A DNA stretch of 62,858 bases, counting the filler, from Sphacelaria rigidula (lineage: Eukaryota): assembly GCA_964200075.2 (NCBI GenBank). It is 7 parts of 7 records of this genome, joined end to end, with 100 filler letters (N's around TTAATTAATTAA, not from the genome) between each part and the next. Parts side by side here need not be neighbours in the genome. Positions count along the whole stretch, not along the records: positions 44,972 to 53,865 come from CAXNAA020009816.1; positions 53,966 to 62,858 come from CAXNAA020009817.1; 5 more parts are not named here. One strand, written 5' to 3'. Each line of letters begins with the position of its first letter. The stretch's first letter is position 1. The notes under the pieces were generated by a model that saw only the letters and a list, made by a program, of their open reading frames with translations, did no database searches and was not told where the DNA came from. The position numbers and the translations under genes are program-made. Positions 50,976-62,858 of the stretch are shown here, piece by piece.

Positions 50976-52359
50976 CTGGTGTGCGCCAGGCGCATCCCGG
51001 TGTTCAACTTTCAGCTCAAGGCCTTTTACCCTCGAGCTGCGCCGCACCGTGTTCATCCCGGAGCCAAATACATGTCCATATCTTCGCGAAAAACCAAGCT
51101 TTTCCGCTAGCCTCGGTGTACTTTCAGCAGCAGCGGCAACCCGACGCGGGCTAGTACCAGAACCTTCACGATCTCCGTGTTCCATTTCCTCAAACGTAGC
51201 CGTGAGACAATAACTTTTATTCTCCCCCAATAAAAGACCCGCCTCGCGACTAGAGGGCGTCGTAGGGTTGCTGACCGCATCACTTTCCCCCTGCCTGTGT
51301 CCACCTCCACCATATCCCTCACCGCCTGCAGTGTCTCCATCGTCCTTGCCCATTATCAACCCTCGTTCTTCTGTCAAGCGCTCGTCTCCCCCGTCCTCCC
51401 TCCCGGGGCCTGTTCGGCTTGTAGAGCCAGTAGGACCTGACGGCTGCGGGGTGATCATACTAGTACCAGTGAAACTGTCGTCCCGTTTCGGGGGCTCGGC
51501 TTCATCAGGCGATGAAGTGGGTTCAGGCGCAACCTGCAAGTTGCTCAGGCTGTTGAAAAAATTCACAATACTAGGCGTCCTGCGATGGTGGCGGTGCGGC
51601 CTAATGACCCCATGCTTCACAAAGGCCGCCTGCATCGAGTGCTGCCTTTTACGATCGTGCATCTCCATCTCATTACCATCGTTCTGATCATCCACTTGAG
51701 TCTTGCTCCTGCGGCCCCTCTCCTCAATATCGACCGCATCCTGGGGCCCCGACCGCCCGACATGTCCATTCCTACTGATACCAACTGCTTCATCCAACAT
51801 GGGAAGTCCCCACTCTGCTTCGTTAGACGTAGTATCTGGCATGGACTTAGATCGACGATGTCGCTTCGGCGGGGTCAAGCTTCTATCGTGGCTGCACCTT
51901 TCATCGCCCGCTGCAAGAGCCAGAGGCATCACCACCGACAAAGGATTGATGTCTGCAGACTCCCGCGGCAGCGTCGATTGCCGCCCGCGCCTACTAGTGT
52001 CCAAGTCGGCCCCACCGCCGCCACCGTCGCCCTCATCACAGCATATGGAGGAGATCGGCGAGATGGACCGCCTTCGCTGGTAAGTGAACGAGCTACGGCC
52101 CACCTCGCGCCCAGTGCGCGCCGTGAACAACGACGAGTTGTGGCGTGAAATAGATGCCTCACGCGGCCGTGATAAACCCCAAGCAGAGATATCCTCATCG
52201 GCTTCTCCTGCAGGTTCTACCCTGCTGTCTTCCTGGGTAACGCTATTGTCGACGTTCACATTCTTTGCCGACGTGACCACTGTCACCATGATAAGTATCA
52301 CTGCTGTATGGGGGTTGACAAGGGGCAGTTCATCAGCCACGTTTGGCCAAATTGAACAC
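50976..52359 (-). CDS. 1.38-kb exon of an unknown protein: short hydrophobic segment, then a long S/R/G/E-rich disordered region
   Basis: Longest ORF in the window; gacag acceptor and CAG|gtgaga donor. Confidence 0.75.
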
Positions 52360-53300
52360 CTGTCTGCATGAAACTTTCACTACCACTACTGTGCTATTTC
52401 CCCCAATCCCGTGTTCCATCGTGTCAGACCCGCAGTGCGGCACCGTGGAGAAAATTTAGAATTTCTGGACGGAACTGTACGAGCTGAGCGAGCCCGAAAG
52501 CGGTCATATCTCATCGACGCAGACAAATTGGACCGTGATCCGCACATGCATCTTATTGATCGCCTCAGCAAGGGGAAGAAGCTCATTTGCTCAAAAGCCT
52601 GGGGCATTTATTCTCGTTGATTAGACGTCTTGCTCTCGAATAATCGACGGGATCAAAACTGAAGTCTACATGAAACTCGGAACGATATGTATGTACCGCG
52701 AAGCTAACGATTTTTATTTGTGTGAGCATTTACATTCCCTCGCGCACAGGGAAACAAATAATGATCGATACGAGCTGGGCCGCCCAAGACAGTCTTACGC
52801 CAAAAGAAAAAAAAAGAAAGGAAAATTCGGAATAGAATCCGACACCTTTTCGCCTCAAGACGCATGCACACACCGCGCAACACCAGATTCAGCAAGATGG
52901 GGTTGTTGTCTGTAGTCTACATGACATGTAGTCGAAGTTTCAGCACGTAAAAGCACTAACAGCACTTGCATGGCCGTGTCTCCTGATGTGTGCTCCTCTA
53001 CAGGCGATACCAATGAGATAGATACCGCGTAGAGTGACATCATTCAGGGTTTGTGTGCGCAATACGGCAGGAGCCACCCAGCAGGAAGTGAGGGCATCTG
53101 CGTGTCAACATATGCATCCACTGACGTCTCACGCAGTCTGGGACGAGGGGACTGCGTTTTGAGGGCGTATCGATGGCATTGCCCAAAATCCGTATTTTGC
53201 TTCGTGCGTCTAGCGCACCACGTAAAACGTGCCACCGCTCCGGGAGTATGCTGCCTGTGTTGTGGTCTACCCCTGAGCCAAGTTTCAGGCTGATTAAAAC

Positions 53301-53770
53301 CAGGGATGTGTACGGAGGACAATCCGCTCCGCGATGCGGATTTTTTTTTTTCGAAACCTCACGGAGCGGAGGGAAGCGGATATCCGTATGTGTGGAAAAT
53401 CACGGATTATGACGGTGAGGATATCCGCCACTGAAAATGTCACGGATTGTTGCGGAGCGGATATCCGCCAACGAAAATGTCACGGTGCGGTACGGATTTT
53501 TTAAATATAATATGGTACGCAGCGGAGCGGAGCGGATATCCGTCAGTGGGAAAAGTCACGGATTTTCACGGGGCGGATATCCGCCAATGAAAATGTCACA
53601 GATTATTGCGGAGCGGATATCCGTGGCATGGATTTTTTCACGGAGCGGATTGCCCCCCTCCGTGGTACAATCCGTACAAACCGCGGCAATTCCCCACGGT
53701 GCATCGTCGCAGTAATCCGTGAAACCGATACGGTTATCCGCGAAAAATGTATGGATATCCGCGGATTAAT
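53301..53770. mobile_element. hAT-like MITE fragment with repeated GCGGATATCCG motifs
   Basis: Starts CAGGGATG; about 6 copies of palindromic GGATATCC. The opposite TIR was not found. Confidence 0.5.
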
Positions 53771-53865
53771 ACCAAAAAGTACGAAAGTAGTTGTTTTGCT
53801 TTGACTTCCAGCTGCTGGACAGGGGGGACGGGGGATTAAATAGCGCACATGTAAGGTCGAATCCC

Positions 53866-53965
53866 NNNNNNNNNNNNNNNNNNNNNNNNNNNNNNNNNNN
53901 NNNNNNNNNTTAATTAATTAANNNNNNNNNNNNNNNNNNNNNNNNNNNNNNNNNNNNNNNNNNNN
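53866..53965. other. Artificial contig-joining spacer
   Basis: N44-TTAATTAATTAA-N44. Confidence 0.98.
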
Positions 53966-54516
53966 AGGATGGCTGACACACTTATGAGCCTCTATTTTCG
54001 TGCAACCAAATACCCCCCCCCCCTATCGTAGGATGACTCGGGTCAAGATGTGAGTGCCGACATCTGGTGTCATGTTCTCAAAGGATATGGGAGCTCGTTG
54101 AGCGTACTACAAACGTGCGCCGATGCAGATTACAGCTCATCCCGGAGACGTCACAGCATCCTCCACTCCACGGTGATATTTCGATTTTAGGGGGCCATAT
54201 GCTTGTGTGTTACGACCTCTCACTTATGGCATGATTGGTGAGCAATATTTCGCTAGTTAGACGCAGAGGCATGCGATACTTGATAGTCTCTCGGAGTGCA
54301 TCCCGCTAACCCCATGCCTCCGCTCGTCGTACGATTATGAATTGTAATACGATTAATTGTAAATGTCGGTAACAATGTGCCATGCCGAACCATATCCTGA
54401 CGTACAACGTCTCCATGTTCAGCCGCGGCGTAACTCCACCGCGCTGACTGGAATAGATATAGAGGGACCCCGGCCCCGGCGACGGTATCGAGCCTGTTGA
54501 GTCTCACAACCGTGGT

Positions 54517-56100
54517 ATGAACAACGCCGAGGGCAGCGATGTCAATGATGCTCGGAATACCCGACTGGCTAGGGCTCGAGGTGGGGGCGGAGGCGGAGAG
54601 GACTACATCCGCCTTGCGCGTTCCGGCAGCAGCCGATCGGCGGGCAGTCATGCCGTCGTCAAGAGAAGTGGCGCAGGCGTACGCCCTATTAACCCTAAGC
54701 GGAGAAAGAAGGGCAAACGCCGAAAGTTCCCCGCCCCTCAGAAAAAGCCCTCGTCCGCACCTCCTCAACAATCGCCATTACCTGACATCTCGGAAGAAGG
54801 CACCGTCGCAGTTCACGGTGCCGATCGTGGAAATAGCGACAACAACCGCAACAATGCCGGCGGTGCGTAGTGTAGGGAAAGTCGCCGCATAAGACAAGAA
54901 GAATCTGATGGTGGCGGGCTCCCCGACAGGGATCGCGGCGGTGACGGTGACCGTGAAGAGAAGAGCTGCGATGGTGATCCTAAGGAGAGCGGCGCTACGG
55001 TTTCCATCAACAGAAGGCGCAAGGAAGATGGTGTCTTTTCATCTGATGAAGATGACAGCTCGAGTGAATCCACTTCACCATCCCAGTCAGAAGCCGAGGG
55101 GACCGTCATCGACCTCGTTAGTGATGACAGGGCAAGCAATCATGTCGCACTAGACTCTGGCGGCGCTTTGGCTAGTGCACATCCCGTGCACCCTCCTTAA
55201 GGGTGAGGAGATGTTACAGTGCGCACATTTCATGGGAATATGATTGTCGCGCGAATGTAAAAACTACAGACAAAATGCATGTGCGAACGGATAACGTAAT
55301 GGGATATAGCGATGCCCGTCGTGTGAGAAACCTTGAAAAACTATAACGCATCCGGTTTCTGAAACCGAGTCGGCGCCATTAAGTTCCCCTGAATGAACAT
55401 ACTAAAACTCCATTTGTTCTGCATGGATCATTTCATAACGCGGGCTGACACCAAATACTTCATGACGCCGGTGTTCGTCCGCATCCCAACGTTTGCACCG
55501 CAGAGTTATGGAGAAAAAGCGAGAGATCATAGAGAATACTCGCACAAAGATCTCCAAGGGATGGATTCCCGATAAAGACGTGGACGTGTGGAAGGCGGCG
55601 GTTTCTGACATGCGCGAGGCAGTGGATCGTGACGATTCCACACGCCATGAACCCCACTTGTTCGCAACCTGTACGTCGGCGACCGCATTCGGAAGGATGA
55701 ATACCAGTTACTGGACCTTGCCTCAGAAGAGGGTGGGTAAATGTAAGCTGTCCTCGTCCGACTTTGATGACGCTATATCAAGACAGTACATTGTTTCCCC
55801 CGGGGATAGGGATGGATCTCTACTCCGACTAGTTTGGGGTGGAAAAGTGAAGTTTCCGACGACTGACGCGGATACCGTTATGTGGCGCAACAGGAAGGAA
55901 GGTCTACAGAGTAAACGTACGACTCAGGGCGGGAGTTGAGCCGGTCAGGGTTGAGTAGGAGTTGGTGCGGCCGATGTAGCGTGCAGGCATCTCCAGGCCG
56001 TTTACATAGGGGGGGCGCGGCGTATGAGCTTCATTCCGCCGCAGGGACCGCTCGGCGATATACACCACAGTAGCCGCCGAGTGGATTGTTTCCCCCACTG
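54517..56100 (+). pseudogene. Disrupted gene: basic/acidic disordered region, then a possibly Ulp1(C48)-like segment
   Basis: The frame continues past a TAG at 54868-54870 to ~55200. Downstream peptide GWIPDKDVDVW...LFA...SY...KRVGKCKL...IVSPG. Confidence 0.35.
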
Positions 56101-56702
56101 TGTAGTGCAATTGATTGAATTCCGAAGCAGAAGAAAGGAAGCAAAGCTGCTTCGTGTCCCTAGACGTCCGCGAACGTCTCGGAGTTTCGGTGTGCAGGAT
56201 ACATACGGTGGCTGTCCCACCCCTTGATGCCTTCGCCCGTAGGCCGTGCCGACATATATGTACTGTGCAGTGTTGTATGTTTGACAAAAGTTAGCAGGGA
56301 CATGCTCCTCGGATGGCTTTTGTGGCGTGGGCATGGTGCTTTCAGGTTGTGATGTTGCCTCTCAATGAAAGTCTTCAATACGTGATCCACGTAATGCCCA
56401 TGTAATCGACATGGACGGTTTCATTTTATTTTGTCTCATTTGCCGCTGCTCGCATCGGCTTCAGGCACATGTACCGGGGGGCGTAGTGGGCCCGAGTTTA
56501 CTCTCAGGAAGGGTAGCATCACTATATCATGCTGGTTGCCGGATGACAAACATTTTTGACATCCCACCAAAATGGCTGAAGGCGAGCGAATGGAGTCGGC
56601 AGTTGTATCTCTCGTTTCACTTCCTCCCGATGTGATCCTCCCATTCGATTGTTGCCTCTCATACGATTGCTTTAGTCGAATATTGACTTCTTATACCGCT
56701 GA

Positions 56703-56886
56703 GGGTGGGGCGTACTCCTTTGTTGCTTGCCCCACGCGTTTGACCATTGACCACGCGCGTTCCTTTCGGGACGGACCACCGTCCCTTCTCCTCATAGAAA
56801 CCTCCAATATTTCGTAACCCATTACGTTTCTTCAATACATCCTACACAAAACCTTTCGCATCCCTTATCCTCGTCCCGTTTCGCCT
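56703..56886 (-). mobile_element. Short LINE 3' fragment
   Basis: ggcgtactc.tttgttgcttgcc...gaccatt.accacgc aligns with 48771-48950. Confidence 0.7.
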
Positions 56887-57154
56887 AATCGATAAAGGGA
56901 ATGTTCCGTAGAGGACGCGCTCTGAACAGGGGTGTGTGTATACCTTCTTCTTGTATTAAACTCTCACTAGTGGTGAGCCACGGCCGACGCGCGTGGCAGT
57001 AGTGCCGAACGTATCAGCGCCACGGGTCTTGCACGGGTGGAGGTTTGAACAAAATTGCGAAAAGTGAAAACGACGTTTACCATTACTAATCAGTACACTA
57101 CAAAGTATAAGTGAATAAGGACTTCGAGCCCCACGGCTAACATGATAAGTGTTA

Positions 57155-58274
57155 CACACGCGGCCATGTGGCTACCCCCCAATTTCCTCAAGGGCGGTCA
57201 ATGTTTAGAGCCCCCGGAGGAACTAAATACCTCCGTAATCGATTTTACCCGCACCAATTTCCCCGCAGGTGTATGATGGTTGATTGTAACCTGAATGTGA
57301 CGGTCAAACAGGGATACTATGGTCAAGGGTAATTGTCGGGTATTTCGGTGCTTTGTTTCACATGAGGGCATGATGAAACCGATAAGTTGGAAGGATGCCA
57401 AACCAAGAAGGAATGTGGCTATGATTCGACGTATGAGGAAGCGATTGTGTGGTGGATTACTAGCCCGAGATGTGGACTGTGGATCAGGCTGAAATGTGGC
57501 GCCGTGAATCAACTGGAGTGTGGTCTATCATGTGTTTCAGGTACGTTGGCAAGTTGCATTTTTCGGTCATGGGAATTTATGTTCTGTGGGCTTGATGAGG
57601 TTGATACGCAACCCACTTGCCCCACTCCACCTTTCTCCACCTTGCTCCCCTCGACTTCAGCTTCTTGCTCCACTTTTCTACTCCTGCTTCCACCATCGTA
57701 TTAGAGGTTTCAGCAGTTAGTGAGTTTGTTGTGTTGAGCTTTGTGTATTGATTGCCAGGGTGATTGACCATATTTGGTGTCGAGCATATTTGTGTATTGG
57801 TTTTCTGGTGTTGAGCCTTCAGCGCTGTGATAATATGTAATAAAAACAACTGTGTATATTTTTCTTCCAGTTTGTTTTTGTATACGGACCTGCTTTGCTG
57901 GCCGTGACCAGCTGCACCGCAGAGTTTGTATCGTGGCACCCCAGCCACGAGGTACGAAAGTGCCCCTCTTCGACTTACTCCGGAGGGGTGGGCGGCCCTC
58001 CTGACGGGTGCGCGGCTCTCCAGAGGAGTGTTTAGTTGTTTCCTCCAGAGGGATCAAATGCCTCCGGAGGCATGTTTTTGCCTCCGGAGGGCTGCGCATC
58101 TCCCGGAGGGATGTTGCTACCCACAAATTCCTCCGGAGGGGTGCGCGGCCCTCCAGGGCGGTAGTGTTTGGTTTCCTCCAGATGGGTTGAAGACCCCCGG
58201 AGGCTTGTTTTGTCTCTGGAGGGCCGCGCATCCCTCCGGAGGGATTTGGAGGAATAGCCAAATGGCCGTGTGTG
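57155..58274. mobile_element. Longer member of the TA-flanked CAC...GTG family
   Basis: ta|CACACGCGGCCATGTGGCTA...TAGCCAAATGGCCGTGTGTG|ta; CCTCCGGAGG-rich right part at 57975-58250. Confidence 0.7.
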
Positions 58275-59920
58275 TAGGGGTGCTAAACGCGGGGGGATTG
58301 CTAGCCTCCGAAAAGTGTCCGGGCTGTTCGGCGACATTTTACTAACCATCGCCCGTTTTCCTTCGTTCCTTGGGATACACTTGATTTTAGTATGCATCCT
58401 CAATAACATGCAAAGATCATGCGCTATGGTAAATCTCTTCCTATTCAGACGCCATATGCACTTCCACACGACTGAGACATTGCGGGGACTACTAATGCCG
58501 AGATAGCCCCCCCCCCGAATCGGCGAAAAACGTGCACGGAGGTGATGATCATAAGTGCCGTTAGAGCCAGTTTTGTGCTGCACGAAGCGACTCCTTTGGG
58601 CGTTATAGCTGATTTCGGACTACTACACGCCTCTCAAGCGGGCGAAATCGCTGCAAAGGAGCCCAATAGTGGAATCGCACCTCGCTAGCAGAGCCGGGGT
58701 CCCGAACAAGCCACGGTACATGTCTTTGTCAGGTACTTGATTGTCGACTGGGTTCGCGCAGTGAACACCGAAATCGTCATTTCAAGTCTGGGTTCTCAAA
58801 CGATCACCGAAAGCCATTTTTTCCTATGCTTGTGTCCTACTTCAACTTGCTCTCTTGTTCAGATGAACCATGAATATGTGGGAGTCATGCTATGATAGGG
58901 GGTGGTGTTGAATCTTCACGAAAAAACGGCTCATGCATGTGCAGGGCTATTTAACACACTCGCGGTGGGCTTGTATTTTGGTCAAACCATCGTCGAGCAG
59001 TATGAGTGGGTGTCATTTAGCGGTCACATTCACGTTCGAACAACGATTGCTACCTTCAACGACGATTTGAAGTAAGAAATTTCTTCAAGCATGGCCCAAA
59101 TCTCCCCCCCCTCTTCTCTAATTGTAGCATTACTCGTGGACACACGTCGCGCGCACATACACCGGTAGGTGGTGTTGAAGTATTTATTCATCCGGCCCGG
59201 ATGATCAGCGTTGAGTCAACTGTATCTAACCAACGAATGCCCAGCCCCATGCCTGCAGCCCTTGGAGCACAATCGGCTGCATGTGTGCTGACCAACAGAT
59301 TCATTGGATTCAGACGTCCTTATCACTCATGGTCCGGCAACGTTCCGCTGAGACAAGCTGCATACGGCCACTTGACGCACGCGATCGGTAATTGATGTTT
59401 CCCACGCACGATACTCTTCACTCCCCAACAAATGCCCCCTCGAATGCCAAAGTCAAATGACAGCAGTTGCAGATGTGCGTCATCCCATATATTGTACCTC
59501 ATCATAGTTATCCTTCATTTCCGGTGGCCGACCAGAAGAATAACTATTCCCGGCATGGCACACGGTTCCCAACGCATTACCCTCTCCCAAGCGCAGTTGC
59601 GCCCATATCAAATAGGCATATATACCTCCTTTGTATACGACGAATAAACAGGAAATCCCCCCCCCCTCACCCTTTCGCACGAGTGCCGTCTTCGACTGGC
59701 TGCTCCGCAATGGAGAGCAAAGCAAACCGAGGCTCCTGGCTCATCGCGTCATTACACCTATGCAGATTAAAGATATAACCCGATCCTCTCGCAGGGATAG
59801 ATGACGTTATCCCGCCAGAGAGCACATAGACTGCAGGTCCCAGCCAATTTCGCATTAGACCAAGAAGTCCTCTACCGCCATTCGAAGGGACAAGGCGAGT
59901 GAAATCCAATTTCTTGGCTC

Positions 59921-60451
59921 CTAGAGACTTCTACCGTAGCTGGTATCTTCAATATCCTCTATGTAAACCGTGTCCACTTTAACTTCCTTCCCGTCTGAGT
60001 CGCGCTTACACGTGATTCGTAGCTCTGTGCCACCAAATGAGAGTCGCATCGACACACCGCGACGATCGAAAGAGGCGGTCATGTCCATTGGTACGTCAAC
60101 GCTGACCAGATTGCTCAGTACTTGTTGATGTTTATCTTTTACGTACTGAACATCTGCAGCGTACTGCTTGGTCACAAGAACGTCGAAAGTTACACTCTCT
60201 TGGTCACCAGTCAAGGGCGAAAAAGCGTGCTCTTTGTCTGTCCCAATCGGAAGGTCTTGGCCCCTTTCGACATATTTTTTTAACGTCTTGAGATACAGCT
60301 TACCCCCAGCAAAGGATATCTGACTATTCCGTTTACTGTGCTCCGGGTCACTGGCGTCGTACGCAGTCATCACTGCGGTTCCGTATGTCAACCGAGCTTT
60401 CCGAGAAATGATGGACTTCTTGTTAGCTCCGAAGAGTGCTGCTCCCAGAAC
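59921..60451 (-). CDS. HSPA12-like (atypical Hsp70) terminal exon
   Basis: gtcag acceptor; VLGAALFG...IISRKARLTYG...FGGTEL...stop, 531 nt. Confidence 0.85.
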   Translation of the reverse strand, partial: VLGAALFGANKKSIISRKARLTYGTAVMTAYDASDPEHSKRNSQISFAGGKLYLKTLKKYVERGQDLPIGTDKEHAFSPLTGDQESVTFDVLVTKQYAADVQYVKDKHQQVLSNLVSVDVPMDMTASFDRRGVSMRLSFGGTELRITCKRDSDGKEVKVDTVYIEDIEDTSYGRSL

Positions 60452-60714
60452 CTGACGTGCGCGTTTCCGGCGGAAGGTATGAGGAAGAAAGAGTGAGTTG
60501 CCCTTTGCCTCGGAACGTGAGGGGGCACCGACTAAATTGGACATCAGAAAAAAAAACAGATGACCAGGTTCATCGTGTATACGTCTCAAAGCATCACCAA
60601 ACGGCGCGGACGTGTTACGCAAAGAGAGAGAGACAACTATCGCATTCATATATGTTTACTCCCGACGTGCCACTTGTTGTTACAAACCCCAACCGGCTTG
60701 AACACTGTACTTAC

Positions 60715-60966
60715 GATGGCGAGACTAGGCCTGCGCGGAGCAATCACCCTTACAGCACCGTGGCCATCGTTCAGCCCGCTGCTGACCGCCTTCTGCAGAA
60801 GGGGACTGGAAGAAAAGCCCCCGACCATGTATACCACTGATATTCCTGGATGCTTGTCGAGTACTTCTCGACTTTCGCGTAGGATTTCCTTGAAAGCATC
60901 ATCGAAGAAGCTTGACATCAACGCAGGTTCAATCTTGAGCGCACGTCCCGTCGCCTTAACGCTAGT
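60715..60966 (-). CDS. HSPA12-like penultimate exon (TSVKATGRALKIEPALMSSFFD...YMVGGFSSSPLLQ...RPSLAI)
   Basis: tgacag acceptor, gtaagt donor, 252 nt; adenosine motif VGGFS.SP.L. Confidence 0.87.
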
Positions 60967-61873
60967 CTGTCAAATTACACGAAATATTTCAAGAGGTATA
61001 TTAGGCTACTAGAACTTCAACGCTTTTGAGGTCGTTTCGTGCATTACAGTACTTCGGAGCATCTAGTACATGGTTTCAACGTGAAGCAATAGTGACTTGA
61101 AATACATGGGAACTAAGACCCGAAGCCCTCGAGCTATTCCTATTTTGAGGAGTTCTGAGAAGCCGAAGATCCACACGGGGGGTGGCATTATCGCCGAGTT
61201 CTGCTGTTACCGTGAGATCTGGTTCTACACATATTATAGTGCTACCGTTGGCCTGTCTTCACCCGTGTACGGACGCCCCAGCCGCCGACGCACGATGCTT
61301 TCTACTCTCGGATATAGCCCCGGGTGTAACTGGATACGGCCCCCCGACGACTCTTGAGCTTTTGCAAGCGCCACGACGAAGATAAGGGACAGCTCTTCGA
61401 ATCAACTCGTTCCAGTTCGAATGATTCGGACTCTTTTCAAAGAGGAAGCTAAGGAGTAAACCTCAAGCCACTTGATTTCCGGAGAAGTCTAAACGGAGAG
61501 TCAAAAAGGTTCGGAAAATTCGAGCATCCTCTCAAAACAAAGCATGGAGAGAATTATGGACCTAATTGACATGTAACAGCCGATTCTCGAAAATATGTCG
61601 CTATCCGGGAAGGTGCTTGTTTGAATCATGTACCATCTGGACGGCAATGTTCGATATCTACTACATGTGTAGCCACTGGTTCACGTGATCCATATTTCAC
61701 AACATGCCCAGATTATACCCAAACCGAATAACGTTCCAATGCCGCGAATAGGGGTTGAAGAGGGATGCACACGGATTTCACCGGACTTGTCATGAATCCT
61801 CGACGTGTTATCAGGCTGACAGCGCGTGCGTTCACAATCTGACTTACGGTAAACGCGCGCAGGGCATGGTATG

Positions 61874-62084
61874 TGTGATGTGTGAGAGGGCCGCGTCCTT
61901 AGAGGACCGCATCGGAGTTCGAACACCCCTATGGTTGGGGTTAGGGTCATGGTTAAGTTTGCAGTTACGGTCAGGAGCATGGTCCTTGCAGGGGTTGGCC
62001 CGATAGGTTTTGAAAAACGTCGATCCTGAGGTGTTTTGAACTACGATGCGGTCCGCTACGCACGAGGTCCTCTCACGCATTGCA
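61874..62084 (+). mobile_element. 211-bp TGT...ACA MITE, copy 5 (diverged, no TSD)
   Basis: Same TIR and length; another MITE abuts its right end. Confidence 0.85.
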
Positions 62085-62085
62085 G

Positions 62086-62512
62086 AGCCGATCATCGAAG
62101 TTGAGGATGAAGCGTTTCATTGAGGGTGAGAACCCGACAACAAAACTGTGTTTCTACACCAAATCCACGAGATATGGTTCCATTCCTTCACCCATTCGTA
62201 GCTATTGACAAATGTCACACGCCATAGAAATTTGAATTCCGATCACCGAAACGTTTGGGTTTTAGATGAAGGAATAATTTCGGAGAATTGAGTTGATCCG
62301 ATCTGGATATCGAGTTTTTGTTTCTCATCTAAGACACCAACATCTCGGGTATCCAAATTCAATTTTGTATGCCGTGTAGTTCTCGTCAGTAGCTACCAGT
62401 AGGTGAAAGAATGGAACCATATTTCGAACACTTGGTGTGGATACAAAAACTTCAATCCTCTGGGTTCTCATCCTGAGTGAAAAGCTCCATTTTAAATGTT
62501 GATGATTGGCTG
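62086..62512. mobile_element. Foldback MITE (family of 18262-18696 and 36732-36986)
   Basis: agccgatcatc...gatgattggctg ends with long internal inverted arms. Confidence 0.75.
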
Positions 62513-62858
62513 TTATTACAGCATGTATCACCGGCCACTCATGAGGTCAAGTCACAAACAATATAACCAGCACGATATATACGACTGCGACACCGTTCAC
62601 TTTATACACTGCGTGTTGGATAAAGTCACAGGGATCCTTAGTCATGCTACGAGAGGAGGGGTAGGGGATATCTCGGGCAATTTCTTCGACGAAACTCCTC
62701 TTCGTATCGTGGTTGGAAGCAATCACGTGTGTCTCAATGAGCCTGACATCGATAATAATGTCTACGTATACTACTTGACACCATCATTACCCAATTACAA
62801 GCGCATCGCGAGCGTGTTGGGTCGTTCGACATACCTATGAGCCCTTGTATTCGGTTCC

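Noticed and set aside
52921-53130. Upstream exon or C3H zinc finger for the 50976-52359 gene
   Set aside because: The frames tested give an early stop or no phase-compatible donor.
9426-60966. Protein-quality-control gene cluster (FKBP-MsrA, DsbA-like, Hsp70-like)
   Set aside because: The genes lie on different, artificially joined contigs, so co-occurrence is coincidental.

Overview
Eukaryotic, intron-rich and repeat-rich DNA, most consistent with a brown alga (Phaeophyceae); the taxon is inferred from gene and repeat style, not from a search. The window is not one locus. Six identical 100-bp spacers (N44-TTAATTAATTAA-N44) join seven pieces of 8895, 8894 (x5) and 8893 bp, so these are length-sorted contigs and nothing can be inferred across the spacers. 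Best-supported genes, all partial and spliced: a four-exon SlyD-type FKBP fused in frame to a GCFWG methionine sulfoxide reductase A domain; a DsbA/thioredoxin-like gene with a signal peptide and no active-site Cys; exon 1 of an actin-related gene; the last two exons of an HSPA12-like Hsp70; and two low-complexity exons of unknown function. The rest is mostly non-autonomous transposons. The most unusual is a 211-bp TGT...ACA element with 4-bp target-site duplications and an internal telomere-like (TTAGGG) tract, present in 5 copies. There is also a tandem array of ~100-bp TTAA/CCC piggyBac-like mini-elements, several foldback MITEs, a tRNA-derived SINE and decayed LINE 3' ends. I found no CRISPR array, rRNA or true tRNA, and no multi-gene novel system can be supported.
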